Assembly (NCBI GenBank): GCA_050015455.1
Contig: JBEKBJ010000009.1
Coordinates: 8,508 to 72,507, forward strand
Source of the DNA: Candidatus Binatia bacterium
Lineage (GTDB): Bacteria; Desulfobacterota; Binatia; HRBIN30
Length of the DNA stretch: 64,000 nucleotides
Direction: 5' to 3'
The position numbers and the translations under genes are program-made. The first letter of the stretch is position 1. Each line of letters begins with the position of its first letter. This document shows positions 1 to 9,466 of this stretch, in pieces. The notes beneath the pieces are model-generated. The model was not told the origin of the DNA. It ran no database searches and was given only the letters and a program-made list of their open reading frames with translations.

Positions 1-5
1 GTCTC

Positions 6-2942
6 TTGCGTTTGACGGACGCGAATACGCTCAAAGATGGTGCGCGAAACGGCATTGCGGAACTCCGAACCCATCTTCGAGAACTTCGGGATCTGATGCT
101 TTCGAACTCCTCGCAGGCGCAACGTAATAGTGACCCAACCCCTGTCAGCACCGGGGTGGATCTGGCTGGGTTGGGGAACCGCTTCCTCGGGCTGCTCGGT
201 CGCAAGTGGTCGCGCCGCGCCTTCGCTGCGGAAATGGCCAAACTGCTGGCCGTGGCCGCTGGGGCGAAAGCCGCCGCAGTTTTGGCATACGAGCGGCGAA
301 GCGGGTCTCTGGTGCTCCTCGCTGATCATCGGCTCTCGGACGAGGCGCGGGCTGCGCTCGGCAGCGGCGCCGAGGGGGCCTGGGACATTCCGCTTCGAGG
401 GCTGCAGAACCGGCGCATAAGCGTCATCGAGGCGGCACACCACAATCCCTTTGTCCCTCGAGCGCTGCGCCAGTTATGTCCGACGGGGCTCTGTATCGTT
501 TCCTTGCCGGTCTATTACGATTACGACCCAGTCGGCGTCGTCCTGCTGTTTGCGGCCCGCAGCCGCGCATTTGCCGACGGGCAAGTGCAAACGCTGAGTC
601 AGGCCCTGCGCGTGTGTGGCCGCGGTCTGCGTGAGCGCGAGAGCCCGATCGCCCGAATCTCAACCGCAACCGTTGCACCAGCCGTCAGCCCCGCCGAGGC
701 GGCCGCTGAAGCCGCACACCGGGAGGAGCCGACGCTGAGGCTTCTCGGTGGCGGGCAGGTCGAACCGATTCAAGAGAGCCAGCCGGAAGCCGCCGTCACC
801 GAAGCCCAACGTGTGCAGCAGGAACTCGGCCGGGCACAAGCTGAGATGCAGCGCCGCAGCGAAGCGGTGCGCAGCGTCGCAACGGCTACGCGCCTCCTCA
901 GGACCGAGCGTGACCGTCTGGCTCAGCAACTGACGGAGTTGGAGTACCTGCGCAAGAGCGAAAGCGACGAGCTGCGCGCTCAAATAGGCGCCTTGGAAGA
1001 GCGGCTGCTCGCGGCGGAATCGGAGCGGCTGCGCTATCAGCGCGCCGCCGAGGCGAAGCACCAGCGCACCGAAGAGTCCATCCAGGCGCTGCAGGCAGAG
1101 CGTGACGCCTTGTTGGAACGGCTGCGCGCGGCCGAATCGAGTGGTTCCGAGGTGCAGACGGTACTCAATGCGGCACGCCAAGAGCGCGACCAGCTGGCGG
1201 CGCAGATGCAAGCGGAGCTGCAGGAGGCCGCCGCCACGGCCGCGCAGCTCCGTCAACAGCTGCAGGATAGGGCCGCGGCACTCACAACGAGTGATGAACA
1301 GCTGGCCGCTCTCAGGGCTCAGCTGGAGCGAGCGGGCATCGAACGCCAGCAAGCCGAGCGCGTCTTCGAGGATGGGCTCGCGTCGGCGCGCGCGGACCTC
1401 GAGCGGCTGACGGAGGATACCTCGGGGCTCCGAGCCCAGCTCACGCAACGCGACGCTGATTTGGCGCGCCTGCGCGACGATAGTGAACGGGCACAGCAGG
1501 CGCAGAGCGCCCTACACCAAAGTACCGGCGCGTTGCGGGCAGACGTGGTCAAGCTGACGGCTCAGCTCGAGCAGGCGGCGACCGCAGCCGCCATGCGAGA
1601 GTCGGAGCTGGGCGCCGCGCTGGCCCAGGCGCGAGCCGAAGCCGAGACCTTGCGCCGGGCGAGCGCCGATCGGGAAATCCTCGCACGCACAGCGACCGAC
1701 CTCGGCGACAAAGCGGCAAGCCTGGAGCAGATGGTCGCCAGCCTGCGCGAGCAGGTCGCCCTCGCGCACGCCGAAGGCGCACGTGGCGACCAGCAAGCGG
1801 CGGACCTGCGTGCGCAGCTCGCAGCCGCGCAGCACACCTACGAGCAGGCTCGTGCCGATGCCGAACGTGAACGAACGGAACTCCAAGCCGCAGCCCAGGC
1901 AGCGGAAGCCGCGGGGCGAACCGCAACGGCCGAGACCGATGAGCTTCGCCACACCGTGCATGATGCCCTGCAGCGCCTTGAAGAGGAACGGCTGAAGCAC
2001 GCCGCCGAAATCGAAGCTCTGCTCGAAGAGTCGGCGCTGCCGCTCTCTGGCGCAACCACCGAGGCCCCAACGGCAACGCCAGAGGAGGTGCAGGGTGGCG
2101 ATGGGATTGAGATGCCGGAGGGACCGTTGGTCATCGAGCGCTCGGCGCCGCTCGCGGCTGCGGCCGATACACTAGCCGAGGCTGCCGAGAGTCCAGAGCC
2201 GCTCATGGAATACCAGCCAAGAGCCGCATCCGTCGACGAGTTGGTCCTGCTCGACCAAGGGGCGACCGCCGAGCAGGCGTGCGCGGCGCTTGCGGACGCT
2301 GGTTTCCAAGTGACACTATTCCCGTTCGGAGAGACTACGGTAGACGAGCTGGCGCGACGGAAGCTGAAATGCATCATGCTGAACTTGGCTGCCGGCGCAG
2401 CCGCGTGGCGGACGCTGAAGCTGCTGCGCGAGCGCGTCGGCACGCGTAACGTGCCGGTCTTGGTATACGTCATGGCGCCCGATGTCCCGACCGGCTTCTG
2501 CTTCGGGCGGACGGATTTTGCGCTGTGGCCGCTCGAACCCGGTCGCATGATCGAGCACCTCGGCCGGTTGCGTCCGAAATTGCACCGTTTGCTCGCTGTC
2601 ACCTCGGACGTCGACGGCATGAGCCAACTGCGAGAAGCGCTGGCGCGGGCCAAGATCTCGACATCGATCGTGCTCGACGCCAAGCAAGTCATGGATTTCG
2701 CGACGATGATAGACCCGGAAGCGGCTATCCTGCACATCTCCCCGAGCTGTCCGTCCGCCGCTCGCGCCCTGCAGGCTTTGCGTGCCAGTGATTCGACGCG
2801 CGAGCTGCCGTTACTCGTCCTGCTCGACAAGTTCGCGGGGGATGACGAGGCGTTCTTCTCCCAGGCGAGCCAACAGCTGCTGAGCAAGGCGAGGTTTCAG
2901 TTCTCACGGCTGCCGGAAGAGATCGGTCGGTTGATCGGCTGA
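6..2942 (+). CDS. GAF domain / long coiled-coil / two pseudo-receiver domain protein
   Basis: N-terminal GAF-like segment (LCIVSLPVYYDYDPVGVVLLFAARSRAF), ~400 aa Ala/Glu/Gln/Arg-rich heptad region, then two REC-like folds lacking the phospho-Asp. Start may be ATG at 96. Confidence 0.7.
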   Translation: MRLTDANTLKDGARNGIAELRTHLRELRDLMLSNSSQAQRNSDPTPVSTGVDLAGLGNRFLGLLGRKWSRRAFAAEMAKLLAVAAGAKAAAVLAYERRSGSLVLLADHRLSDEARAALGSGAEGAWDIPLRGLQNRRISVIEAAHHNPFVPRALRQLCPTGLCIVSLPVYYDYDPVGVVLLFAARSRAFADGQVQTLSQALRVCGRGLRERESPIARISTATVAPAVSPAEAAAEAAHREEPTLRLLGGGQVEPIQESQPEAAVTEAQRVQQELGRAQAEMQRRSEAVRSVATATRLLRTERDRLAQQLTELEYLRKSESDELRAQIGALEERLLAAESERLRYQRAAEAKHQRTEESIQALQAERDALLERLRAAESSGSEVQTVLNAARQERDQLAAQMQAELQEAAATAAQLRQQLQDRAAALTTSDEQLAALRAQLERAGIERQQAERVFEDGLASARADLERLTEDTSGLRAQLTQRDADLARLRDDSERAQQAQSALHQSTGALRADVVKLTAQLEQAATAAAMRESELGAALAQARAEAETLRRASADREILARTATDLGDKAASLEQMVASLREQVALAHAEGARGDQQAADLRAQLAAAQHTYEQARADAERERTELQAAAQAAEAAGRTATAETDELRHTVHDALQRLEEERLKHAAEIEALLEESALPLSGATTEAPTATPEEVQGGDGIEMPEGPLVIERSAPLAAAADTLAEAAESPEPLMEYQPRAASVDELVLLDQGATAEQACAALADAGFQVTLFPFGETTVDELARRKLKCIMLNLAAGAAAWRTLKLLRERVGTRNVPVLVYVMAPDVPTGFCFGRTDFALWPLEPGRMIEHLGRLRPKLHRLLAVTSDVDGMSQLREALARAKISTSIVLDAKQVMDFATMIDPEAAILHISPSCPSAARALQALRASDSTRELPLLVLLDKFAGDDEAFFSQASQQLLSKARFQFSRLPEEIGRLIG

Positions 2943-3360
2943 ATCATGGACGACCTCACGCTAGACCTTGCGCCGCCACGCATCGTCCCTGTCGCGAGGT
3001 CACCGGCGGCACCTTGAGTCACCGCCCCTTTGGGACGTTCGGGACTGTTTGGCCGTGAATGCTTGCTGTTGTGATTGCTGGCTCTCTCAAACATTCATAG
3101 GATTGGATACACGTTGACTTTTTCCCTTGTCGATGGCAATTTAACACGCTAGTGTCTCTGCTTTTGGAGGTGAGGTGCAAGGGCAAGGCGGCAGAGGGTG
3201 AATGAAGTCCACTTGCAGTCTGGCGCGGGCGGTACGCGAAGGCGGCGACATGGGGCACGAGGTGGTGCGGATGGTGGGGTATTTTCGGTGGTTGAGGGCT
3301 AGCGAATTGCGTGCGCTGCATCACACGAGGCCGAATCGAGCGTGGACAGAGGAGAAATGT

Positions 3361-6312
3361 ATGGAGTCGCGTGACGCAGAGAACTCTACCAATACGAAAC
3401 AGCAGCTGCTCAGGCGCGCGGGGCGGGGCGAACCCACTCGCGGCCTTGTGCGGGCGGGGCTGATTGCGGCCGGTTGCTTGTATTTTGCATTCCTGGCTGC
3501 ACCGGCGGTGGCAACCGAGCTCGTCAGCGTCAACATCCACGGAGTTTCCGGGGACGGCTCCAGCAGCGGCGTGGCGATGAGCACGAATGGAAACATCGCC
3601 GCGTTTTACTCCGACGCCGACGATCTGGTGCTCGGCGATACGAACCAAGCCCGTGACGTGTTCGTGCGGGACAGCAACGCCGGGACGACCGAACGGGTCA
3701 GCGTCAGTAACTCCGGCGCCCAAGCCAACGGACCAAGCCAGACCCGCGGGCTGGCCCCGGCCATCAGCGGCAACGGCGAGATCGTGGCGTTCTATTCTGA
3801 TGCCAGCAACCTCGTCCCTAACGACAACAACGGCACCACCGACGTGTTCGTTCGCGACCGGCAGGCGGGCACAACCACACTCGTCAGCGTCAATCTGAGC
3901 GGCAAATCCGGAAATCGGCCGAGTCTCTTTCCCAGCATCAGTGCCGACGGCAGCCTTGTCGCCTTTCAATCCGCCGCCTCCGATCTGGTCCCGGGAGACA
4001 CCAATGGAGCAAGCGACATTTTCGTGCGGGACTTACAGGCCGGCAGCACCGTACGGGTCTGCGGGGTCCAGCCAAACTCCTCCAGTCTCAATCCGCAGAT
4101 CAGCGGCAATGGCCGCTTCGTCACCTTCGTCTCTGCGGCCACCAACCTTGACCCCAACGTCACGCCCGGGATCCTCAACATCTTCGTGTGTGATCTGACC
4201 ACGGGTATGGTCAAGTCGGTCAGTGTCAGCAGCGCGGGTGTCCCGGGCAATGGCGACAGCATGACACCCGCCATCAGCTTCGACGGCCGCTTCGTTGCGT
4301 TCAAGTCCGAGTCCAACAACCTGGTGCCGAACGATAACAACGATCTCTTGGATGTGTTCGTGCGCGATACGGTCGCGGGCACGACCGAGCGCGTCAGCGT
4401 GAGTTTAACCGGCGGCGACTCCAACGACGTCTCGTTCCCGCCGGCCATCAGTGATGATGGGCGTTTCGTCGCCTTCGGATCGGCGGCCAGCAACTTGGTG
4501 CGTAACGACGCCAACGGAGCTGCCGACGTGTTTGTCCGCGACCGGCTGGGTGGTGTGACTTTGCTGGTGGACCTCGGTGCCGACGGCCAGCAGGCCAACG
4601 GCGGTATTCCGGACATGCCGCCCGCCATCAGCGGCGACGGGACGCGGATCGGTTTCGCGTCATTCGCAACGAACCTCGTGCCGAATGACCAGAACCAGAT
4701 GTCCGATGTGTTTGCGAATGAGAACCCGTTCTTGTGCGGGACCTGTCCGGAGGGGTTCATGTGCGTCAACGGCTTTTGCTTGCAGCCCACCCCTACGCCG
4801 ACGATGACGTCAAAGACCCCGAGCCAGACCCCGACTCCGACCCCAACGGGCCCGACGTCAACGCCAACCGTAACCGTGACGCCGACCATGACCCCGACCC
4901 CGATTCACTGCATTGGAAACGAGGACTGTTCGTTTGGGCAAGTCTGCGTCGGGGGATTGTGTGTGTTCCCGACGCCGACGCCGACGCCGATCGCCTGCAC
5001 TGACTCGATCACATGTCCGCAAGGTTTGATCTGCCTGAACGGAATCTGTCAGCCGGCGCAATCGCCAACTCCAACCATGACCCCAACGCCCATCCCGACG
5101 TGTTCGACCGATGCCGATTGCGCCAGGACGTGTGACAACTGCCGCGCCACTCAGGACTGCGTCGGCGGCCAGTGCAGCCCGGCCGACCGCTGCGTTGACG
5201 GCGTCTGCGCCCCGACGCGGCTGTGCTCACCGGACAACACGACTGCCTGCATTATCGACCGCGAGACCTGCCTCAACGACACGTGTGTGTGCGGCGGCGA
5301 CTGCAACCAGGATGGGTTTGTCTTCGCCAACGAGATCGCGGAGATGATCTGTATTATGTCGGGTAGCTGTCCGCTGAGCGGCTGTGAAGCGGGAGACCTC
5401 AACCAGGATAATGAGATCGAGGGCAATGAGATCTGCGATGCAGTGACCAATCTCGGCGTTGGTTGTCCGTTGGGCATCCAAAACGGCGCCGCTGTCATGC
5501 CCGCTACAGCCCAGGCGACCCGGACGTTGACGCTGATGGGTCCCCCCAACTCGGTCTTACGTGGTCAGACGATTCCGATCGACGTCAGCCTCAGCGGTGG
5601 CCCGGAGGGGGTCACGGACGTGGCGACGGCACAGTTGGACGTGCTGTTCGACACGACCGTACTCAGCTTCAACGAGTGCACGGTCAATCCGCTGCTGAGT
5701 ACGACCGACGTCTCGTTCACCTTCATGCCGCGCCGGCCAGACACGGCGCCCAACGTGGAGCGCTTGCGGGTGTTCGTCGCGGACTTGGATGTGTGCAATC
5801 CGAACTTCACGCCCAGCAGCCCGGCGATCGGCAACGGGGGACTAGTGACCTGCACGTTCACAGTCAACCCGACGGCGCCGTTTGGACAGTCAGAGGTGGA
5901 GGGCGACCGCACGAACCTCGGCGGTTTTCTCGGAAACGTGATCCCGTCGACCCCAACCACCACGGACATCACTGTCGCCCAGCAGACGTGCACGGCCGAT
6001 ACCGACTGCAATCCGGGCCTCCATTGCCGCGCCGGTGTTTGCACGGGGATCCGTCCCTGCGTCGGTTCTGCCCAGTGTGTGGTCGGCCGGGAGGCATGCG
6101 TGCTAGAAAACGGCACTGGTGTCTGCGAGTGCGGCGGTGACTGCAACCTGGATGGGTTTGTGGAGGGAAACGAGATCCTTACTATGGTCAGTATCTTCGG
6201 TGGAGCTACGCCGCTAGCGAGTTGTCCTGCTGGCGACATCAATGGAGACCTGTATATTGAGGGCAATGAAATTTTGACCGGCGTGTATAATTTCGGCGCG
6301 GGGTGCCCGTAG
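3361..6312 (+). CDS. Secreted modular protein: TolB/PD40-type beta-propeller, Cys-rich and Pro/Thr linkers, dockerin-like, cohesin-like, dockerin-like
   Basis: Signal-like LIAAGCLYFAFLAAPAVA; repeats of PAISxDGRFVAFxSxAxNLVPNDxNxxxDVFVRD; two CGGDCNxDGFV..GDxNxDxxI modules; cohesin-like segment (IPIDVSL..ATAQLDVLFDTTVL..LVTCTFTV). ORF open from 3202; start uncertain. Confidence 0.75.
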   Translation: MESRDAENSTNTKQQLLRRAGRGEPTRGLVRAGLIAAGCLYFAFLAAPAVATELVSVNIHGVSGDGSSSGVAMSTNGNIAAFYSDADDLVLGDTNQARDVFVRDSNAGTTERVSVSNSGAQANGPSQTRGLAPAISGNGEIVAFYSDASNLVPNDNNGTTDVFVRDRQAGTTTLVSVNLSGKSGNRPSLFPSISADGSLVAFQSAASDLVPGDTNGASDIFVRDLQAGSTVRVCGVQPNSSSLNPQISGNGRFVTFVSAATNLDPNVTPGILNIFVCDLTTGMVKSVSVSSAGVPGNGDSMTPAISFDGRFVAFKSESNNLVPNDNNDLLDVFVRDTVAGTTERVSVSLTGGDSNDVSFPPAISDDGRFVAFGSAASNLVRNDANGAADVFVRDRLGGVTLLVDLGADGQQANGGIPDMPPAISGDGTRIGFASFATNLVPNDQNQMSDVFANENPFLCGTCPEGFMCVNGFCLQPTPTPTMTSKTPSQTPTPTPTGPTSTPTVTVTPTMTPTPIHCIGNEDCSFGQVCVGGLCVFPTPTPTPIACTDSITCPQGLICLNGICQPAQSPTPTMTPTPIPTCSTDADCARTCDNCRATQDCVGGQCSPADRCVDGVCAPTRLCSPDNTTACIIDRETCLNDTCVCGGDCNQDGFVFANEIAEMICIMSGSCPLSGCEAGDLNQDNEIEGNEICDAVTNLGVGCPLGIQNGAAVMPATAQATRTLTLMGPPNSVLRGQTIPIDVSLSGGPEGVTDVATAQLDVLFDTTVLSFNECTVNPLLSTTDVSFTFMPRRPDTAPNVERLRVFVADLDVCNPNFTPSSPAIGNGGLVTCTFTVNPTAPFGQSEVEGDRTNLGGFLGNVIPSTPTTTDITVAQQTCTADTDCNPGLHCRAGVCTGIRPCVGSAQCVVGREACVLENGTGVCECGGDCNLDGFVEGNEILTMVSIFGGATPLASCPAGDINGDLYIEGNEILTGVYNFGAGCP

Positions 6313-6368
6313 AACGGATGCGTCGGCAAGATGATCAGACGAATTACCACCCCGCTACAGGAGGGAAT

Positions 6369-7595
6369 ATGAGCATGGATAGGGTAGCATTCGCACCAGG
6401 ACCGCACGCGTACGTCTCGATTAGGCCATTCCTTGTCGCGGTGCTCGCACTGGTGATAGGTTCGGTTGCCGGCGAAGCTCAGCAGGTTCCCACTCTGTCG
6501 GTGGGGAATGGAACCGGGGGCTCGGGCGGCAGCGTGCCGATCGTAATCGGCATCAGTGACGTAACCGGACAGAACGTCGGATCCGCCACCGTTGACGTCC
6601 TCTTCGATAATACGAATCTCATCCTCGCGAACCCGGCGCAGGACTGCGTTCCGAGCGTGGGTAGCGATTTCAGCGCGTCGGCAAGCATTGCAACGACCCC
6701 GGCGCCACCGGCGGGAGAAAGTCGGCTGCGCCTTGGCGTATTCAATATCAAATTCGGTTCCACCCAGACGGTTGAGGACGGGCCGCTGTTCACATGCACC
6801 TTTCAGATTTCGCCCGGAGTGACTCCTCCTGCGAGCTTCACGCTGACCCCAGATCCGGATTCGCCCGAGACTCAAGTTGCGCAAATCGGAGGCGCCGTTC
6901 TTTGCAGCGGCCCGCAGACGCCTTGTGATACCACGCCTGGCCAGATCACGGTGGCTGAGGCCACGGTGACGCCAACGCCCGTGACAACGTGCGTCTACCA
7001 GAGTGACTGTCCGGGGCTGATCTGCCAAAGCGGGGTATGCACCGTGGTCCCATGTACCACGACCGCGGACTGCCCGATCGGCATATGCTCCAACAATAAT
7101 GTGTGCACGGGCCAGCCTTGCAACACCAGCGGTGATTGCCCGCCGAGTCAGGTCTGCCTCAACCAGGTGTGTTCGCAGGTGCAGTGCACCAATGGTACCG
7201 GGTGTCCCTCCGACGCGATCTGCCTCGATGGGACTTGTGTTGCAGCCCCCGCACCAACAGCGACCGAGACGCCGACCTTGATACCGACGAGCACTTCGCT
7301 GCCGACGGGCACGCCGACTCCGCTGCCGACGGGCACGCCGACTCCGCTGCCGACGAATACGCCGACTCCGCTGCCGACGAATACGCCGACTCCCACCGCG
7401 TCACAGACCGCGACGGCCACGCCGAGAGCCACCGACACGGCCTCGCCGGTGCCGAGCGCGACGAACACGGGCGTAGTGCCGGCGCCAAGCTCCGCCGATA
7501 ATGATGGGTGCAACATGTCGCAGTCGGGCTCAGGGGGCGCGCTGCTGTGGTTGCTGGTCCCTGCCGCTCTCATGGTGTACCGCCGGCGAAGGTAG
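6369..7595 (+). CDS. Cohesin-like protein with Cys-rich repeats, PT linker and MYXO-CTERM-like C-terminal membrane anchor
   Basis: RBS CAGGAGGG before ATG 6369; signal peptide ending AGEA; cohesin-like (VPIVIGI..ATVDVLFDNTNL..DGPLFTCTFQI); C-terminus DGCNMSQSGSGGALLWLLVPAALMVYRRRR (GC motif, hydrophobic helix, basic tail). Confidence 0.75.
   Translation: MSMDRVAFAPGPHAYVSIRPFLVAVLALVIGSVAGEAQQVPTLSVGNGTGGSGGSVPIVIGISDVTGQNVGSATVDVLFDNTNLILANPAQDCVPSVGSDFSASASIATTPAPPAGESRLRLGVFNIKFGSTQTVEDGPLFTCTFQISPGVTPPASFTLTPDPDSPETQVAQIGGAVLCSGPQTPCDTTPGQITVAEATVTPTPVTTCVYQSDCPGLICQSGVCTVVPCTTTADCPIGICSNNNVCTGQPCNTSGDCPPSQVCLNQVCSQVQCTNGTGCPSDAICLDGTCVAAPAPTATETPTLIPTSTSLPTGTPTPLPTGTPTPLPTNTPTPLPTNTPTPTASQTATATPRATDTASPVPSATNTGVVPAPSSADNDGCNMSQSGSGGALLWLLVPAALMVYRRRR
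7297..7392 (+). repeat. 4 x 24-bp coding tandem repeat (PLPTG/NTPT linker)
   Basis: cgctgccgacg(ggc/aat)acgccgactc repeated four times. Confidence 0.9.
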
Positions 7596-7626
7596 CCCTT
7601 CGGGGAGCAAACAGCGGCTCTGCACA

Positions 7627-7659
7627 CGAGAGGAGGCCTCCGCGCCTCCTCTCGCTTTT
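7627..7659 (+). terminator. Rho-independent terminator after the cohesin/dockerin gene pair
   Basis: Stem cgagaggaggc / gcctcctctcg with 6-nt loop, followed by ctttt. Confidence 0.7.
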
Positions 7660-7798
7660 GGGGCACAGCAATGGCGGGGCAGGTTTCTGTGCTCGCCCGG
7701 TGGCGCCGGCAGCAACGCCTGCTGACGCGGTTTTCTTCGGGGCGGCCCTGCGCAGCCCGCTAGCTTGGCGGCGGATTAGTGGGTATGGTGTCGGCGCC

Positions 7799-9151
7799 AT
7801 GCAGGACGATCCGTTCACCACCCTGATCAAGCGACTCCAGTCACGCCAAGCCGTCGTCGGCATCATGGGCCTCGGCTACGTGGGCCTGCCGTTGGCGGCG
7901 ACCTTCGCGGAGGGCGGCTTCACGGTGGTTGGCTTCGATATTGCGGCCCACAAGATCGAGGAGCTACGCGCCGGCGGCAGCTATATCCGGCACGTCTCGG
8001 CGGAGCGCCTGCGCAACATTGTCCGCTCGGAGCCATTTCGGCGCGGCGGCCCAACCGGTTTCTACCCCAGCACGGAACACGCCCTCTTGCCCGAATGCGA
8101 TGCCATCCTAATCTGCGTGCCGACCCCGCTCACCGAGCACCGCGAGCCCGACCTGTCCTACGTCACCGGAACTACCGAGGCGATCGCCGCTCACCTGCGG
8201 CGCAACCAACTCGTCGTGCTTGAGAGCACGACCTATCCCGGTACCACGGACGAGGTCTTGCGCGAGATCCTCGAGGCGGGCGGCCTACGGGCGGGCGAGG
8301 ATTTCTACTTGGCGTTCTCGCCCGAGCGCGAAGACCCAAACAACGCGCAGTACAACACCAAGACCATCCCGAAGCTGATCGGCGGCTACACGCCGCGCTG
8401 CGGCGAGGTGGCGGTCGCCCTGTACGGAGCGGTGCTGGAGAAAATCGTCCCCGTGTCTTCGGCGCGGGTGGCCGAAGCTGCCAAGTTGCTGGAGAATATC
8501 TACCGCAGCGTCAACATCGCTCTGGTCAACGAACTGAAGCTGCTCTTCGAGCGCATGGGTATCGACGTGTGGGAAGTGATCGACGCTGCGGCAACTAAAC
8601 CGTTCGGTTTCACCCCGTTCTACCCTGGGCCGGGCCTGGGCGGTCATTGCATTCCGATCGATCCCTTTTACCTGACGTGGAAGGCGCGGCAGTACGATCT
8701 GACCACCCGCTTCATCGAGCTGGCCGGCGAGATCAACCACGCCATGCCGGCGTTTGTCATCGAGAAGCTCACTGACGCGCTCAACGAACGCCGGCGCAGC
8801 CTTGGGGGAGCGCGGGTGTTGGTGCTGGGGGTGGCCTACAAGCGCGATTTGGATGACACGCGCGAGTCGCCGGCACTCAAACTGCTCGATCTGCTGGTCA
8901 AGAAAGGGGCGGAGGTCGGCTACCATGATCCGTACGTGCCGGCGTTGGGACGCTCGCGGCACTACGATTTCCATCTCCAATCGCTGCCCCTGACCCCAGA
9001 GGAGCTACGACGCTGGGACGCCGTGATCATTGCCACTGACCATACGGTTTTCGACTATTCGATGATCGTCAGGGCCAGCGCGCTGGTCATCGACACACGC
9101 AACGCGACGCGCTCGGTCACGAAAGACCGAGGGAAAATCGTTCGGGCCTGA
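7799..9151 (+). CDS. UDP-N-acetyl-hexosamine (nucleotide-sugar) dehydrogenase, WbpA/WecC family
   Basis: GLGYVGLP Rossmann motif, ICVPTP, ESTTYPGTT, FSPEREDP, GPGLGGHCIPIDP catalytic Cys, DDTRESP. Confidence 0.92.
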   Translation: MQDDPFTTLIKRLQSRQAVVGIMGLGYVGLPLAATFAEGGFTVVGFDIAAHKIEELRAGGSYIRHVSAERLRNIVRSEPFRRGGPTGFYPSTEHALLPECDAILICVPTPLTEHREPDLSYVTGTTEAIAAHLRRNQLVVLESTTYPGTTDEVLREILEAGGLRAGEDFYLAFSPEREDPNNAQYNTKTIPKLIGGYTPRCGEVAVALYGAVLEKIVPVSSARVAEAAKLLENIYRSVNIALVNELKLLFERMGIDVWEVIDAAATKPFGFTPFYPGPGLGGHCIPIDPFYLTWKARQYDLTTRFIELAGEINHAMPAFVIEKLTDALNERRRSLGGARVLVLGVAYKRDLDDTRESPALKLLDLLVKKGAEVGYHDPYVPALGRSRHYDFHLQSLPLTPEELRRWDAVIIATDHTVFDYSMIVRASALVIDTRNATRSVTKDRGKIVRA

Positions 9152-9332
9152 GCCGGAAAGGGCGTCGGCGGCGACGGAGATCGGCCCTCCAGAGCACTGC
9201 GCAACCCCTCCAGCCCTGCTCCGGAGGCAAGTGAAACGGCAAAAATGGCCCTCTTGACCCATCGCGGCCCGGTTTTTGCGTTGGCGGGGAATCAGTTTTC
9301 GGCCCGGAAGCAACTTTTCCATGACGTTATTC

Positions 9333-9362
9333 TTGACAATACGCCGGATTTTTGAGTATGTA
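9333..9362 (+). promoter_or_regulatory. Putative sigma70 promoter for the secreted paralog pair
   Basis: TTGACA at 9333-9338, 18-nt spacer, TATGTA, in an AT-rich patch. Confidence 0.5.
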
Positions 9363-9466
9363 TGCGCGCACTTAGGTGGTGCGGAGAGCAGCCCGGCCCC
9401 TGAGTGTTGGGACGAAGGCACTAGGAGCCAGTGAGCAGGGAAGGTCGACTGGAAAGGAGGAGGGCA

